Assembly: GCA_964589975.1 (NCBI GenBank)
Contig: CAZPVH010000001.1
Coordinates: 23,214 to 87,213 of the forward strand
Direction: 5' to 3'
Source of the DNA: an uncultured Candidatus Saccharibacteria bacterium
Lineage (GTDB): Bacteria > Patescibacteriota > Minisyncoccia > Phycocordibacterales > CSBR16-119
DNA length: 64,000 bases
Shown here: one piece after another, positions 10,301 through 17,948 of the stretch
Layout of the letters: each line of letters opens with the position of its first letter
Position numbering within the stretch: position 1 is the stretch's first letter
Program-made: the position numbers and the translations under genes
Notes under the pieces: model-generated
Database searches by the model: none
What the model was told of the DNA's origin: nothing
What the model saw: the letters and a program-made list of their open reading frames with translations, nothing else

Positions 10301-10478
10301 CAGCACTTTGGCATTCCTGATAGAACTCGATAGCTCCGTACATGGCGCCGTGATCGGTGAGAGCCATGGCAGACATGCCATGCTTTTTCGCCATAGCAAC
10401 AAGGTCGTCAATTTTCGACATCCCATCGAGTAGGGAATAGTGCGAATGCGTATGTAGATGGACGAATTTGGGCGCCAT
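7311..10478 (-). CDS. dnaE: DNA polymerase III alpha subunit
   Basis: PHP motif HLHTHSHYSLLDG, PDIDMD catalytic motif, YGFNKAHA, C-terminal OB fold. Confidence 0.99.
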   Translation of the reverse strand: MAPKFVHLHTHSHYSLLDGMSKIDDLVAMAKKHGMSAMALTDHGAMYGAIEFYQECQSAGIKPIIGVEAYIAERTRHDKESNIDSKRYHLTLLAKNIAGYKNLMKLVSMSFIEGYYYKPRMDEELLRQYSEGVICLSGCPAGELAHAIRANDPLKQKSIIEKYQSIFGKENFFLELMGHAEVEGYEVLKAGVKKLSAEFNIPIVATWDSHYLHEDDKDAHNTLLAINTQGSGMKMGGDYSFINPENALKFFSDTPEALENTLKVADMVNIELELGKWVFPKFELEAGEDAESQLRKYVYAGIPRRYGESREEIEKRIEYELEIIKNKGFSIYLLIVADLIRFASENKILTNIRGSVAGSICTYLLGITNVDPLHFKLPFERFLNPERPSAPDIDMDFADNRRDEVIDYAREKYGKDAVAQIGTFGTMMARGSVRDVARALGYPYGVGDKISKLIPLGKQGFAMTIDKALKMVPELKEQYDTDKATKEIIDLAKKIEGCARHISVHAAGVVISPTRVDDYAPIQLDPKGGKIITQYDMHAVESAGLIKFDFLGIRNLAILADAVKLVEKIEGVIVDIENIPMDDKKTYEMLARGETIGLFQLNGSGMTRYLKELRPTIIDDINAMVALYRPGPMEIIPEYIRRKQNPHLIKYLDPRMKEILSQSYGVITYQDDVLLIAIHLGGYSWLEADKLRKAMGKKIPEVMAAEKEKLVSGFIKNGLSKEKADALWLLIEPFAAYGFNKAHAASYGRVAYQTGYMKANFPVPYMTAILTAESGDVEKVSEIIHECERMGVKVLPPDLNECFGGFTVIKAEEAGQKDAIRFGFYTIKNLGTDISDAIIAERKERGKFQSLPDFLERVTHKNLNRKSLEALIKSGAMDAFGERGNLLANIEGLLEFNKSFSKQDKDQGSLFGGDLAPKSKLALTDSAPAEKDVMLAWEKELLGLYVSGHPLDKVREKIDKGGMNLLKIRTSGRNDEVVAVAVIIQTTKTLVTKKNQQMAFIKLEDLSGTIEAVAFPETWKTYVAMLQPDKTVAIKGKVNIREGERTIIIDNVKEI

Positions 10479-10524
10479 AAAGTGGGTACATTATAGCAGG
10501 GCGGGCCGTGTTACTATAGCCTTG

Positions 10525-11136
10525 ATGGAAACGAAATTTATTGTTGGAATTGATGAGGTTGGGCGTGGTCCGGTGGCAGGGCCGGTATATGTTTGCGCGT
10601 TTATAGCCGAGGCCTCAGCAATCGAAGGGATTGTCTCCGGTATAAAAGCGCCGCTTCGGGACTCGAAGAAGCTAACGCACAACATGAAAGAAAAATGGTT
10701 TGAATATCTCCAGGACTTGGCCGCCCAAAAGAAAATAAGATATGTGCTTTCTAAAACTTCGGCAAAAGAGATTGACGATCTCGGGATCGCATCTTGTATT
10801 AGAGCTTGTGTTGATAATTGCTTAGAAAAAATGGAAATTGATTTAGAAAATACAAAAGTATTCCTCGACGGTGGACTTCACGCTCACAAAAAATTCATTC
10901 AAGAAACCGTTATCAAAGGGGATGAAAATATTCCGGTAATCTCGCTTGCCTCGATCATAGCTAAAGTCTCGCGCGATAGGGAAATGACAGAACTGGCTGA
11001 GCTCAATCCGGAATATGCGTGGGAAAATAATATGGGCTACGGGACAAAGGCTCACATGGATGCTATTCGTATCCACGGGACCACACCGCTTCATAGAATC
11101 TCATTTTTAAGGAATATGACTGAAAAAGGGCAGTAG
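10525..11136 (+). CDS. rnhB: Ribonuclease HII
   Basis: GIDEVGRGPVAGP, DSKKL, ASIIAKVSRD, GYGT; start moved to the ATG at 10525. Confidence 0.97.
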   Translation: METKFIVGIDEVGRGPVAGPVYVCAFIAEASAIEGIVSGIKAPLRDSKKLTHNMKEKWFEYLQDLAAQKKIRYVLSKTSAKEIDDLGIASCIRACVDNCLEKMEIDLENTKVFLDGGLHAHKKFIQETVIKGDENIPVISLASIIAKVSRDREMTELAELNPEYAWENNMGYGTKAHMDAIRIHGTTPLHRISFLRNMTEKGQ

Positions 11137-11181
11137 GGTGGAAAACCCCTAAAAACCCTTTAAATACATGGCCTTTTAAGC

Positions 11182-11210
11182 TTGACTCAGAGGGTATTAT
11201 GTGATATGAT
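11182..11210 (+). promoter_or_regulatory. sigma70 promoter
   Basis: TTGACT-17 nt-TATGAT followed by A/C-rich leader. Confidence 0.7.
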
Positions 11211-11260
11211 GTAGCCAAGTGACCTTTGAGTAAAAAAACCAACAAACCTACCATAGAACG

Positions 11261-12253
11261 ATGAGAACCATCTTCACCCTCCTCGCCTTCGTGGCGACGT
11301 TCGGGCTTTGCGCCCAAAGCATTTCAGGCGACTGGAATGAATCTCACTACATCATGGGTACGCAAGGCAAGATCGAATACGACGAGTCCATCACGATCAA
11401 GCAGATCGTGAACGTCGGTAACGACTTGCCGCTCCAGCGGCGCGTCCGTTATCGGCATGGCGCCGGTGACTGGCAGTCGTTTCCTGGAGTTCCGGACACG
11501 GTCATCACCCAGAACTACACGTTCCATCGGGTGCTGAACGGCTTGTCATGGAGTCCCTACGACAACTACACTTGGGACATCGACATCCGGTACGTAAACA
11601 CTGGCGGCCAGGTGATCGAGGCGCTCCACAGCGAATGGAACAATATCGTAACCCGAGACAGTTCCAACGCAAGCATTGTGGCGTTTCCCGGTCCATACTC
11701 GAACGAATTGTATCTCCAATACGCCGTGTCCATACATAAAGACATGGGTCCCGGGATTGATACGGATGTGAACCTGCGGGCCGTTGGCCAATCATCCGGT
11801 ATGGTCTACAACGTCGAAGTCGACGTTCCGGATGCCGGACAGGAGTTCCAGACGGTTACCTTGTCTTTCACGCCTTGGTATACTGAGGACATCTGCGTGG
11901 AGATTTGGGTCGAGAGATCTGATCTCATATTCTACGACTACACCGACATCGTTGTCGGTTACGTAGATGTTTGGGTGCCCTGCACGATGTGGGACGGCAA
12001 CTCGACCGCTACCGGCGAGAAGCCTTCCATGCCTGACCTTCTGCCGTTCCCGAGCCCGACTTACGGATCCATCACGGTCCAAGAGCTTGATACGAACGAA
12101 CAGACGCTCGATGTGTACAGCCTGAACGGACAGTTGGTTGAACGTTTGCAGACCTATGGTTTGACAACAGTGACGCACGACTTCAGTAATCTGGCAGCCG
12201 GTGTTTACACCCTGCGCCAGAACGAACGTGCTGTGCGTTTCCAGAAGCTCTGA
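11261..12253 (+). CDS. Secreted protein with T9SS type A C-terminal sorting domain
   Basis: Signal peptide ending LCA|Q; C-terminal FPSPT...DVYSLNGQLV...DFSNLAAGVYTLR...RFQK matches the Por/T9SS CTD pattern. Confidence 0.8.
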   Translation: MRTIFTLLAFVATFGLCAQSISGDWNESHYIMGTQGKIEYDESITIKQIVNVGNDLPLQRRVRYRHGAGDWQSFPGVPDTVITQNYTFHRVLNGLSWSPYDNYTWDIDIRYVNTGGQVIEALHSEWNNIVTRDSSNASIVAFPGPYSNELYLQYAVSIHKDMGPGIDTDVNLRAVGQSSGMVYNVEVDVPDAGQEFQTVTLSFTPWYTEDICVEIWVERSDLIFYDYTDIVVGYVDVWVPCTMWDGNSTATGEKPSMPDLLPFPSPTYGSITVQELDTNEQTLDVYSLNGQLVERLQTYGLTTVTHDFSNLAAGVYTLRQNERAVRFQKL

Positions 12254-12274
12254 TCTCCGCCAAGCGGAGTGACG

Positions 12275-12308
12275 AAAGGCCCCCGAGTCTCGGGGGCCTT
12301 TTTCTTTT
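12275..12308 (+). terminator. Terminator
   Basis: AAAGGCCCCCGAG-T-CTCGGGGGCCTTTTT. Confidence 0.8.
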
Positions 12309-12337
12309 GGCTGCGCTCCCGTGTTACAATTCCTCTC

Positions 12338-13585
12338 ATGACAAATAATCCATTCCAAAATTATCTCGAGAACCTATCTCGAGCGGCCGAAGCGCTTGGT
12401 CTTAGCGCTGCCGAATTAGAACATTTGAAAGTTCCGGATCAGATCATCGAGAAAGATCTTTTGATCGAAACAGAAAAAGGCACGGAAACTTTTCCCGCAT
12501 ATCGCGTCCAGTGGAACAACGCTCGCGGGCCTTACAAGGGCGGCATCCGATTCCACCCGGCGGCGGACCTTGATGAAGTCAAATCTCTTGCCGCGCTCAT
12601 GGCGGTCAAATGCGCTGTGGTCGGGATTCCACTCGGTGGCGCCAAGGGGGGAGTAACTATTGATCCGAAAAAATACAGCGCTAAAGACCTTGAGAAAGTC
12701 TCACGCGCTTGGGCTCAGGCCATGGCACCGTTTATTGGCGTCAACAAAGATATTCCAGCGCCGGATGTATATACGAACGGCCAGACCATGGCGCACATCC
12801 TGGACGAATATGAGAAAACTGTCGGCCATGAAGAATTTGGCGTGATTACGGGAAAGCCACTTGAGCTTGGCGGATCACTCGGCCGAAATATTGCGACTGC
12901 TCAGGGTGGTGTGTACGTTCTTGAAGAATTGGTTAGAGACCTTGGCCTCAAGCTTGAAGACCTGCGCATTGCCGTTCAGGGATTCGGCAATGCTGGCTAT
13001 ACCGCCGCGTCGATACTCCACAAGATGGGGGCGAAAGTTGTCGGCGTCTCGGACTCTTCCGGCGGCCAGTATTCTGAAAATGGCCTTGATCCCGAAGAGT
13101 TGAATCGATGGAAAGAAGAAACAAAAAAAGGCCTAGCTGAATTTTCAAAAGATGGTTTGCGAGCCGTTACAAACGCGGAACTCTTAGAGCTTCCATGCGA
13201 TGTTCTGATTCCCGCCGCCATGGATAACCAGCTGACATCCGATAATTCTCAAAATGTGAAAGCAAAGATCGTGCTTGAGCTCGCGAATGGTCCGACAACC
13301 CCGGAAGCTGATAAAAAATTTATGGAAAAAGGCATAATCCTGGTACCAGATGTTTTGGCGAATGCCGGCGGCGTGACAGTTTCTTATTTTGAATGGGTGC
13401 AGAACCGTTCTGGTGACAAGTGGAGCGAAGCCTTGGTTCTTGAAAAGCTAAAAGCGATCATGGTTGAGAGCTATCGGGCAGTTCGAATGTTATCTCTCGA
13501 GAAAAAGATTGATATGAGGCTTGCGGCCTTTTCTGTTGGGGTCAAGAGAATAATTGATGCGATGAAATTGCGCGGCCGAATCTAA
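12338..13585 (+). CDS. gdhA: Glu/Leu/Phe/Val dehydrogenase (glutamate dehydrogenase)
   Basis: GPYKGGIRFHP, GGAKGG, DIPAPD, QGFGNAG, PDVLANAGGVTVSYFEWVQN. Confidence 0.95.
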   Translation: MTNNPFQNYLENLSRAAEALGLSAAELEHLKVPDQIIEKDLLIETEKGTETFPAYRVQWNNARGPYKGGIRFHPAADLDEVKSLAALMAVKCAVVGIPLGGAKGGVTIDPKKYSAKDLEKVSRAWAQAMAPFIGVNKDIPAPDVYTNGQTMAHILDEYEKTVGHEEFGVITGKPLELGGSLGRNIATAQGGVYVLEELVRDLGLKLEDLRIAVQGFGNAGYTAASILHKMGAKVVGVSDSSGGQYSENGLDPEELNRWKEETKKGLAEFSKDGLRAVTNAELLELPCDVLIPAAMDNQLTSDNSQNVKAKIVLELANGPTTPEADKKFMEKGIILVPDVLANAGGVTVSYFEWVQNRSGDKWSEALVLEKLKAIMVESYRAVRMLSLEKKIDMRLAAFSVGVKRIIDAMKLRGRI

Positions 13586-13615
13586 AAATTAAGATTTAAG
13601 AATTAAGGAAACGGG

Positions 13616-14725
13616 ATGAAAAATTATATCGTCTCGAAAAAGAAAAGCTTGGAAGAATTTCTTCGGCGCAATCATCACTTCGCGCTCCCGGCTATTCTCA
13701 TCGGCGGATTCCTTTTGGACGCCCTAACGCTTGGTCAGGCTGATCGAATATTTGACAATGTCGTTCTCATTATCCACCTACTCATCGTCGCGACGACGAT
13801 CGCCCTCCTTTTCTCCGCTGAAAGTCGTCTGGGACGGAAGCTTCGGGTTCGCGAGCGTGTTTCAACCATCACGGCCCTCATGCTCTTTTCCTTCGGCGGT
13901 CTTTTTTCTGGCTTTGCGGTCTTCTATGCTAAATCTGGGTCACTTATCTCAAGCTGGCCGTTCATTCTACTTCTCTTGGCGCTAATGGTTGGCACTGAGA
14001 TTCGCAAGAAATATTTTGAAAATTTGCTCCTGCAGATTGGTATCTTTTATATTGCCCTCTTTTCATATCTAATCTTCTCAGTGCCAGTATTGGTCAGAGA
14101 TATTGGCGCTGGAATTTATATGCTCTCCGGTGCCGCGAGTTTACTCGTCGTATCTATTTACCTCTACATTTTGTTTAAGCTGAATCCAGAAACTCTTCGA
14201 ATAAACAGGAAGAAAATAATCACGCGCGTTTTTTCTATTTTTATAATTTTTAATGTTTTATACTTCCTAAATATAATTCCTCCAATACCACTATCGCTAA
14301 AATTTCGCGCAGTCTACCATGATTTCCAGCGCATCCAGGCCATAGAGTATCGCGGCTCTTACGAGGTGCCGGAGGAATGGAGGTTTTGGGAAAAAAGAAG
14401 CCGGGTTTTTCATCGCGCTCCTGGCGAGGCCGTTTACGTTTTCAGTGAAGTTTACGCGCCGGTGAATCTTACGACAGATATTTATCACGAGTGGCAGTAT
14501 TTCGATACGGAAAAGACGCGCTGGGTTACAGCAGATCGGATCAGGATTCCAATCACAGGCGGACGCGCAGATGGCTTTCGCGGTTATTCCAAGAAGGCGA
14601 ATGTTTGGCCGGGTTCTTGGCGGGTAAAAGTCACGACGCAGCGCGGGCAGACGCTTGGACAGATAACTTTTCGTATCAAAGATCTTTTAGAGCCACTACA
14701 AACAAAGGAAGAGGTTTTTCGATAA
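13616..14725 (+). CDS. Multi-TM membrane protein with C-terminal DUF2914-like domain
   Basis: About 7 TM segments, then IYHEWQY...GGRADGFRGYS.K...PGSWRV. Confidence 0.8.
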   Translation: MKNYIVSKKKSLEEFLRRNHHFALPAILIGGFLLDALTLGQADRIFDNVVLIIHLLIVATTIALLFSAESRLGRKLRVRERVSTITALMLFSFGGLFSGFAVFYAKSGSLISSWPFILLLLALMVGTEIRKKYFENLLLQIGIFYIALFSYLIFSVPVLVRDIGAGIYMLSGAASLLVVSIYLYILFKLNPETLRINRKKIITRVFSIFIIFNVLYFLNIIPPIPLSLKFRAVYHDFQRIQAIEYRGSYEVPEEWRFWEKRSRVFHRAPGEAVYVFSEVYAPVNLTTDIYHEWQYFDTEKTRWVTADRIRIPITGGRADGFRGYSKKANVWPGSWRVKVTTQRGQTLGQITFRIKDLLEPLQTKEEVFR

Positions 14726-14778
14726 GTTTTACACAGAATAAATAGCAAGGTCTATTGTATGTTGCTAAAATGTATCTA

Positions 14779-16293
14779 ATGAAAAATCCTAAAAAAGGGG
14801 CGACAAAAAGGCTTGCCTATGGTGGAGTAGTTTTATTATTTATACTGGGTATGGCCGCGCTTGCAGCGTCGAGCTTTGGCCGAGATGCCTCACAACAGGC
14901 TGCAATTAGGATAAGTACAGATTCCCGCGAAACGCTCTGTACAGCGACTACCCCTCAATATTGCGGACGTATTGTTATTAGGAAAATTGTCAGCCCCTCT
15001 AGTTATCAGGACTTCTATTTCACACATAATGTCCCCGGCGTTACTTCTCCGTTAACTCTCGATGATGACGCAACTCTTTCAAGTCCTTCGGTACTAAGCA
15101 ATAGCTCTGTCCTCTTAACTCCGTTCAACGGGGTATTTTCTGTAGCAGAGATTACTGATCCTAATTACGAAACCTCTATTACTTGCACTGATCCATCTGG
15201 CGGTACAACGTCGAGCGGCTCTTCCGTGTCTATCAATATCTTGAATGGAGAGACGGTTCAGTGTGTGTTTACGAATACGAGAGTTATTGGGCAGGTGCCG
15301 ACCGGTACGGGTCCGACTACGAACCCGACGGATCCAGGAACACCTGGTACCGTCCTTACGAGCCCGAGCCCGGACAAAGTAAAAGCATGTCAATCAAATA
15401 CATGGACGCAGAGGGCAGACCTGCCTGGCATTCGAGCACAAAGTGCAGGCTTTTCGGTCGGTAGCAAAGGATATATTGGCACTGGATTTGCGTCTAGTCA
15501 GCTTACCGAATCATTTTTCCAGTATGATCCTGTCACGAACACCTGGACCCAAAAAGCGAATTTCGGAGGCGGTATTCGACACTCGGCAGTAGGTTTCTCG
15601 ATCGGCAGCATGGGTTATCTCGGTTTAGGCAAGAATGGATATGCAACAGTCCAGGATATGTGGGAGTATGATCCTGCTACCAATGTCTGGACCCAAAAGG
15701 CTGACTTTCCTCCAGGAGGACCGAGAACAGGGGCAACAGGTTTCTCTATTGGTACGAAAGGCTATGTAGGTCTCGGTAGGAATGCTTATTCAGCAACGCA
15801 GGATATGTGGGAGTATGATCCTGCTACAAATGTCTGGACGATCAAAGGATTCTTCGGTGGAGGGCCACGAATAGATCCCGTGTCCTTTTCAATCGGAAGC
15901 AAGGCTTATGTCGGTACAGGACTCGATGGAGCAACATTTAAGGATGATTTCTGGGAGTATGACCCTACCCAAGGAAGTCTCGGTACATGGACTCAAAAGG
16001 CTGATTTTGCTGGAGGAAATAGGGCTGAAGCCGCTGGATTCTCTATAGGCACCAAGGGATATGTCGGAATAGGGCGTGTAGCATATGACACCTCTGTATC
16101 TGTCAATGATTTTTGGGAGTATGATCCGGCTACCAATACCTGGACTCAAAAGGCGAATTTTGGAGGCACAGCCCGAAGTGCGGCGGTCGGTTTCTCAATC
16201 GGTTTGAGGGGCTATATGGGTACGGGTATTCCGACCGGTGTTGTAACTGCGGATGGTGGAATGTACAGAGATTTCTGGGAATATTGTCCGTAA
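14779..16293 (+). CDS. Membrane-anchored kelch-repeat (beta-propeller) protein
   Basis: N-terminal TM, Ig-like segment, T/P linker, six repeats of GFSIG.KGY.G.G...D.WEYDP.TN.WTQKA.F. Confidence 0.9.
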   Translation: MKNPKKGATKRLAYGGVVLLFILGMAALAASSFGRDASQQAAIRISTDSRETLCTATTPQYCGRIVIRKIVSPSSYQDFYFTHNVPGVTSPLTLDDDATLSSPSVLSNSSVLLTPFNGVFSVAEITDPNYETSITCTDPSGGTTSSGSSVSINILNGETVQCVFTNTRVIGQVPTGTGPTTNPTDPGTPGTVLTSPSPDKVKACQSNTWTQRADLPGIRAQSAGFSVGSKGYIGTGFASSQLTESFFQYDPVTNTWTQKANFGGGIRHSAVGFSIGSMGYLGLGKNGYATVQDMWEYDPATNVWTQKADFPPGGPRTGATGFSIGTKGYVGLGRNAYSATQDMWEYDPATNVWTIKGFFGGGPRIDPVSFSIGSKAYVGTGLDGATFKDDFWEYDPTQGSLGTWTQKADFAGGNRAEAAGFSIGTKGYVGIGRVAYDTSVSVNDFWEYDPATNTWTQKANFGGTARSAAVGFSIGLRGYMGTGIPTGVVTADGGMYRDFWEYCP

Positions 16294-16302
16294 TTAAAAC
16301 AT

Positions 16303-16653
16303 ATGCAAAATATAAAAATAATAATTTTGGGAGTGCTAGTTCTGGTGGGAGTTGGATACGCCGCGTTTACAAAATTTCACAACACCGAAAAAGACGCTCC
16401 GAATCCGTATGAGAATTCTGAGATTATAGTAAATACTTTCGAGGAAGATACTGGCTGGGGCTATGACGTCATGATCGATGGCAACCTCTATGTCCATCAG
16501 CCGAACATTCCTGCTCTGGGTGGGAACAAAGGCTTCAAGACCGAAGCGGATGCTCGCGCGACAGGGAATCTCGCCACCCAAAAGATTCGTGACGGCATCA
16601 TTCCGCCGACCCTTACAGTTGAAGAACTGAAGCAAATCGGAGTTGTTCAGTAG
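16303..16653 (+). CDS. DUF4907-like protein
   Basis: GWGYDVMIDG..YVHQPNIPA..GNKGF.T..DA...PPT motif; N-terminal TM. Confidence 0.8.
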   Translation: MQNIKIIILGVLVLVGVGYAAFTKFHNTEKDAPNPYENSEIIVNTFEEDTGWGYDVMIDGNLYVHQPNIPALGGNKGFKTEADARATGNLATQKIRDGIIPPTLTVEELKQIGVVQ

Positions 16654-16763
16654 TCTTGATTGTTCCTTCAGACTTTACGCGGTATTATAGAGTTGCGAGT
16701 AAGTTTTTACTATCGTCGAGATGGTGAGAGGATTCGTTTTAATAAGAATTAGCGAAAAATAAA

Positions 16764-17042
16764 ATGTATAACGATCGAAATGACAGCGGAGGACAAGGTG
16801 GAGGGGGAGGATACCGAGGTGGTGGCGGAGGCGGAGGATATTCGTCAGCGCCTCGCCAGATGTTTACAGGAAATTGGACTTGTGGAACTTGCGGACAGCC
16901 AATAACAGAGCTCCCATTCGAACCAGATCCAGCGCGGCTTGGAACTCTCAAGTGCCGAGACTGCCACAAGAAATCTCGCCAGGACCGACCAGATTTCCGA
17001 AGCGGCGGCGGACAGGGCGGAGGAGGGTACCGACGTTTCTAA
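16764..17042 (+). CDS. CxxC-x17-CxxC zinc-ribbon protein with Gly-rich tails
   Basis: CGTCG....LPFEP....CRDC flanked by GGGYRGG repeats. Confidence 0.85.
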   Translation: MYNDRNDSGGQGGGGGYRGGGGGGGYSSAPRQMFTGNWTCGTCGQPITELPFEPDPARLGTLKCRDCHKKSRQDRPDFRSGGGQGGGGYRRF

Positions 17043-17051
17043 TATTCATTA

Positions 17052-17085
17052 AAAAGAAAAACTCCCGCAAGGGAGTTTTTCTTTT
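17052..17085. terminator. Bidirectional terminator
   Basis: AAAAGAAAAACTCCC-GCAA-GGGAGTTTTTCTTTT perfect hairpin. Confidence 0.85.
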
Positions 17086-17851
17086 AGACAATTAGGAAGA
17101 AAAATAGCAGAGCAAGCAGTATTCGGTAAACGCCGAAAGGAATAAAATTGTTATTTTTTACATAACGCAAAAGGAATTTTATGGAAATGATGGCGACAAC
17201 GAAAGCTGCTACAAAGCCGACGGAGAGAAGTGGCAGATTCCCGTTGGAAAAAATTCCAGGATTGTTATAGATATCAAGCGCGCTGGCGCCGGCGATGGTC
17301 GGTACAGCGAGCAGGAAAGAGAATTCTACGACAGTCCTGCGTGGAATGCCCATCAGTAGACCTCCGATAATGGTTGCAGCAGAACGAGATACTCCTGGGA
17401 TGACTGCTAAAACCTGGAAGAGGCCGATAAAAAATGCTTGTGAGTAAGTGACTTCATAAATTTCTTCTTCGGGTACGTCCGGTCCGCGATATATGAGTTC
17501 AAATAGTATGAGCAGGAGACCGCCGATAAGCATCGCCCAGATAACAATGTTTTCCGAGCCGAGTAGATCGTTTTTTATTATCTTGTACAGCCCAAGGCCA
17601 ATAATGGCAGTAGGTAGGGTGCCAATAATAATCTTTTTTAAGTCAGCGGCTTTAAAGAATGAGTTAAAATAAAGTACAATGACGGCCGCGATCGCCCCAA
17701 GTTGGATAATAATCTCAAAACTTTTTAGAAAGTCGGTTTCAGGCAAGCCCAGAACTTGGCTGGTCAAGATTAAGTGTCCGGTCGAAGAGATCGGCAAAAA
17801 TTCGGTGAATCCTTCAACTATGCCAAGAATTATTGCGTCTAAGAATTCCAT
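17084..17851 (-). CDS. uppP: Undecaprenyl-diphosphate phosphatase
   Basis: GIVEGFTEFLPISSTGHL, PGVSRSAATI, EFSFLLAVP. Confidence 0.97.
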   Translation of the reverse strand: MEFLDAIILGIVEGFTEFLPISSTGHLILTSQVLGLPETDFLKSFEIIIQLGAIAAVIVLYFNSFFKAADLKKIIIGTLPTAIIGLGLYKIIKNDLLGSENIVIWAMLIGGLLLILFELIYRGPDVPEEEIYEVTYSQAFFIGLFQVLAVIPGVSRSAATIIGGLLMGIPRRTVVEFSFLLAVPTIAGASALDIYNNPGIFSNGNLPLLSVGFVAAFVVAIISIKFLLRYVKNNNFIPFGVYRILLALLFFFLIV

Positions 17852-17948
17852 ACAAATTAGAGTATATCATGTGGATAAAGAATACTGAGCTAGAGAATAA
17901 GGTGGTATTATTTGAATAATTCATTAGAAGTTAATCTATATTTTTTAT

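Noticed and set aside
15400-16290. DNA-level direct repeats (e.g. CAGGATATGTGGGAGTATGATCCTGCTAC at 15652 and 15799) as CRISPR or DGR TR/VR
   Set aside because: The 147-nt in-frame spacing equals a kelch repeat; differences are not adenine-specific; no cas or reverse transcriptase gene in the window
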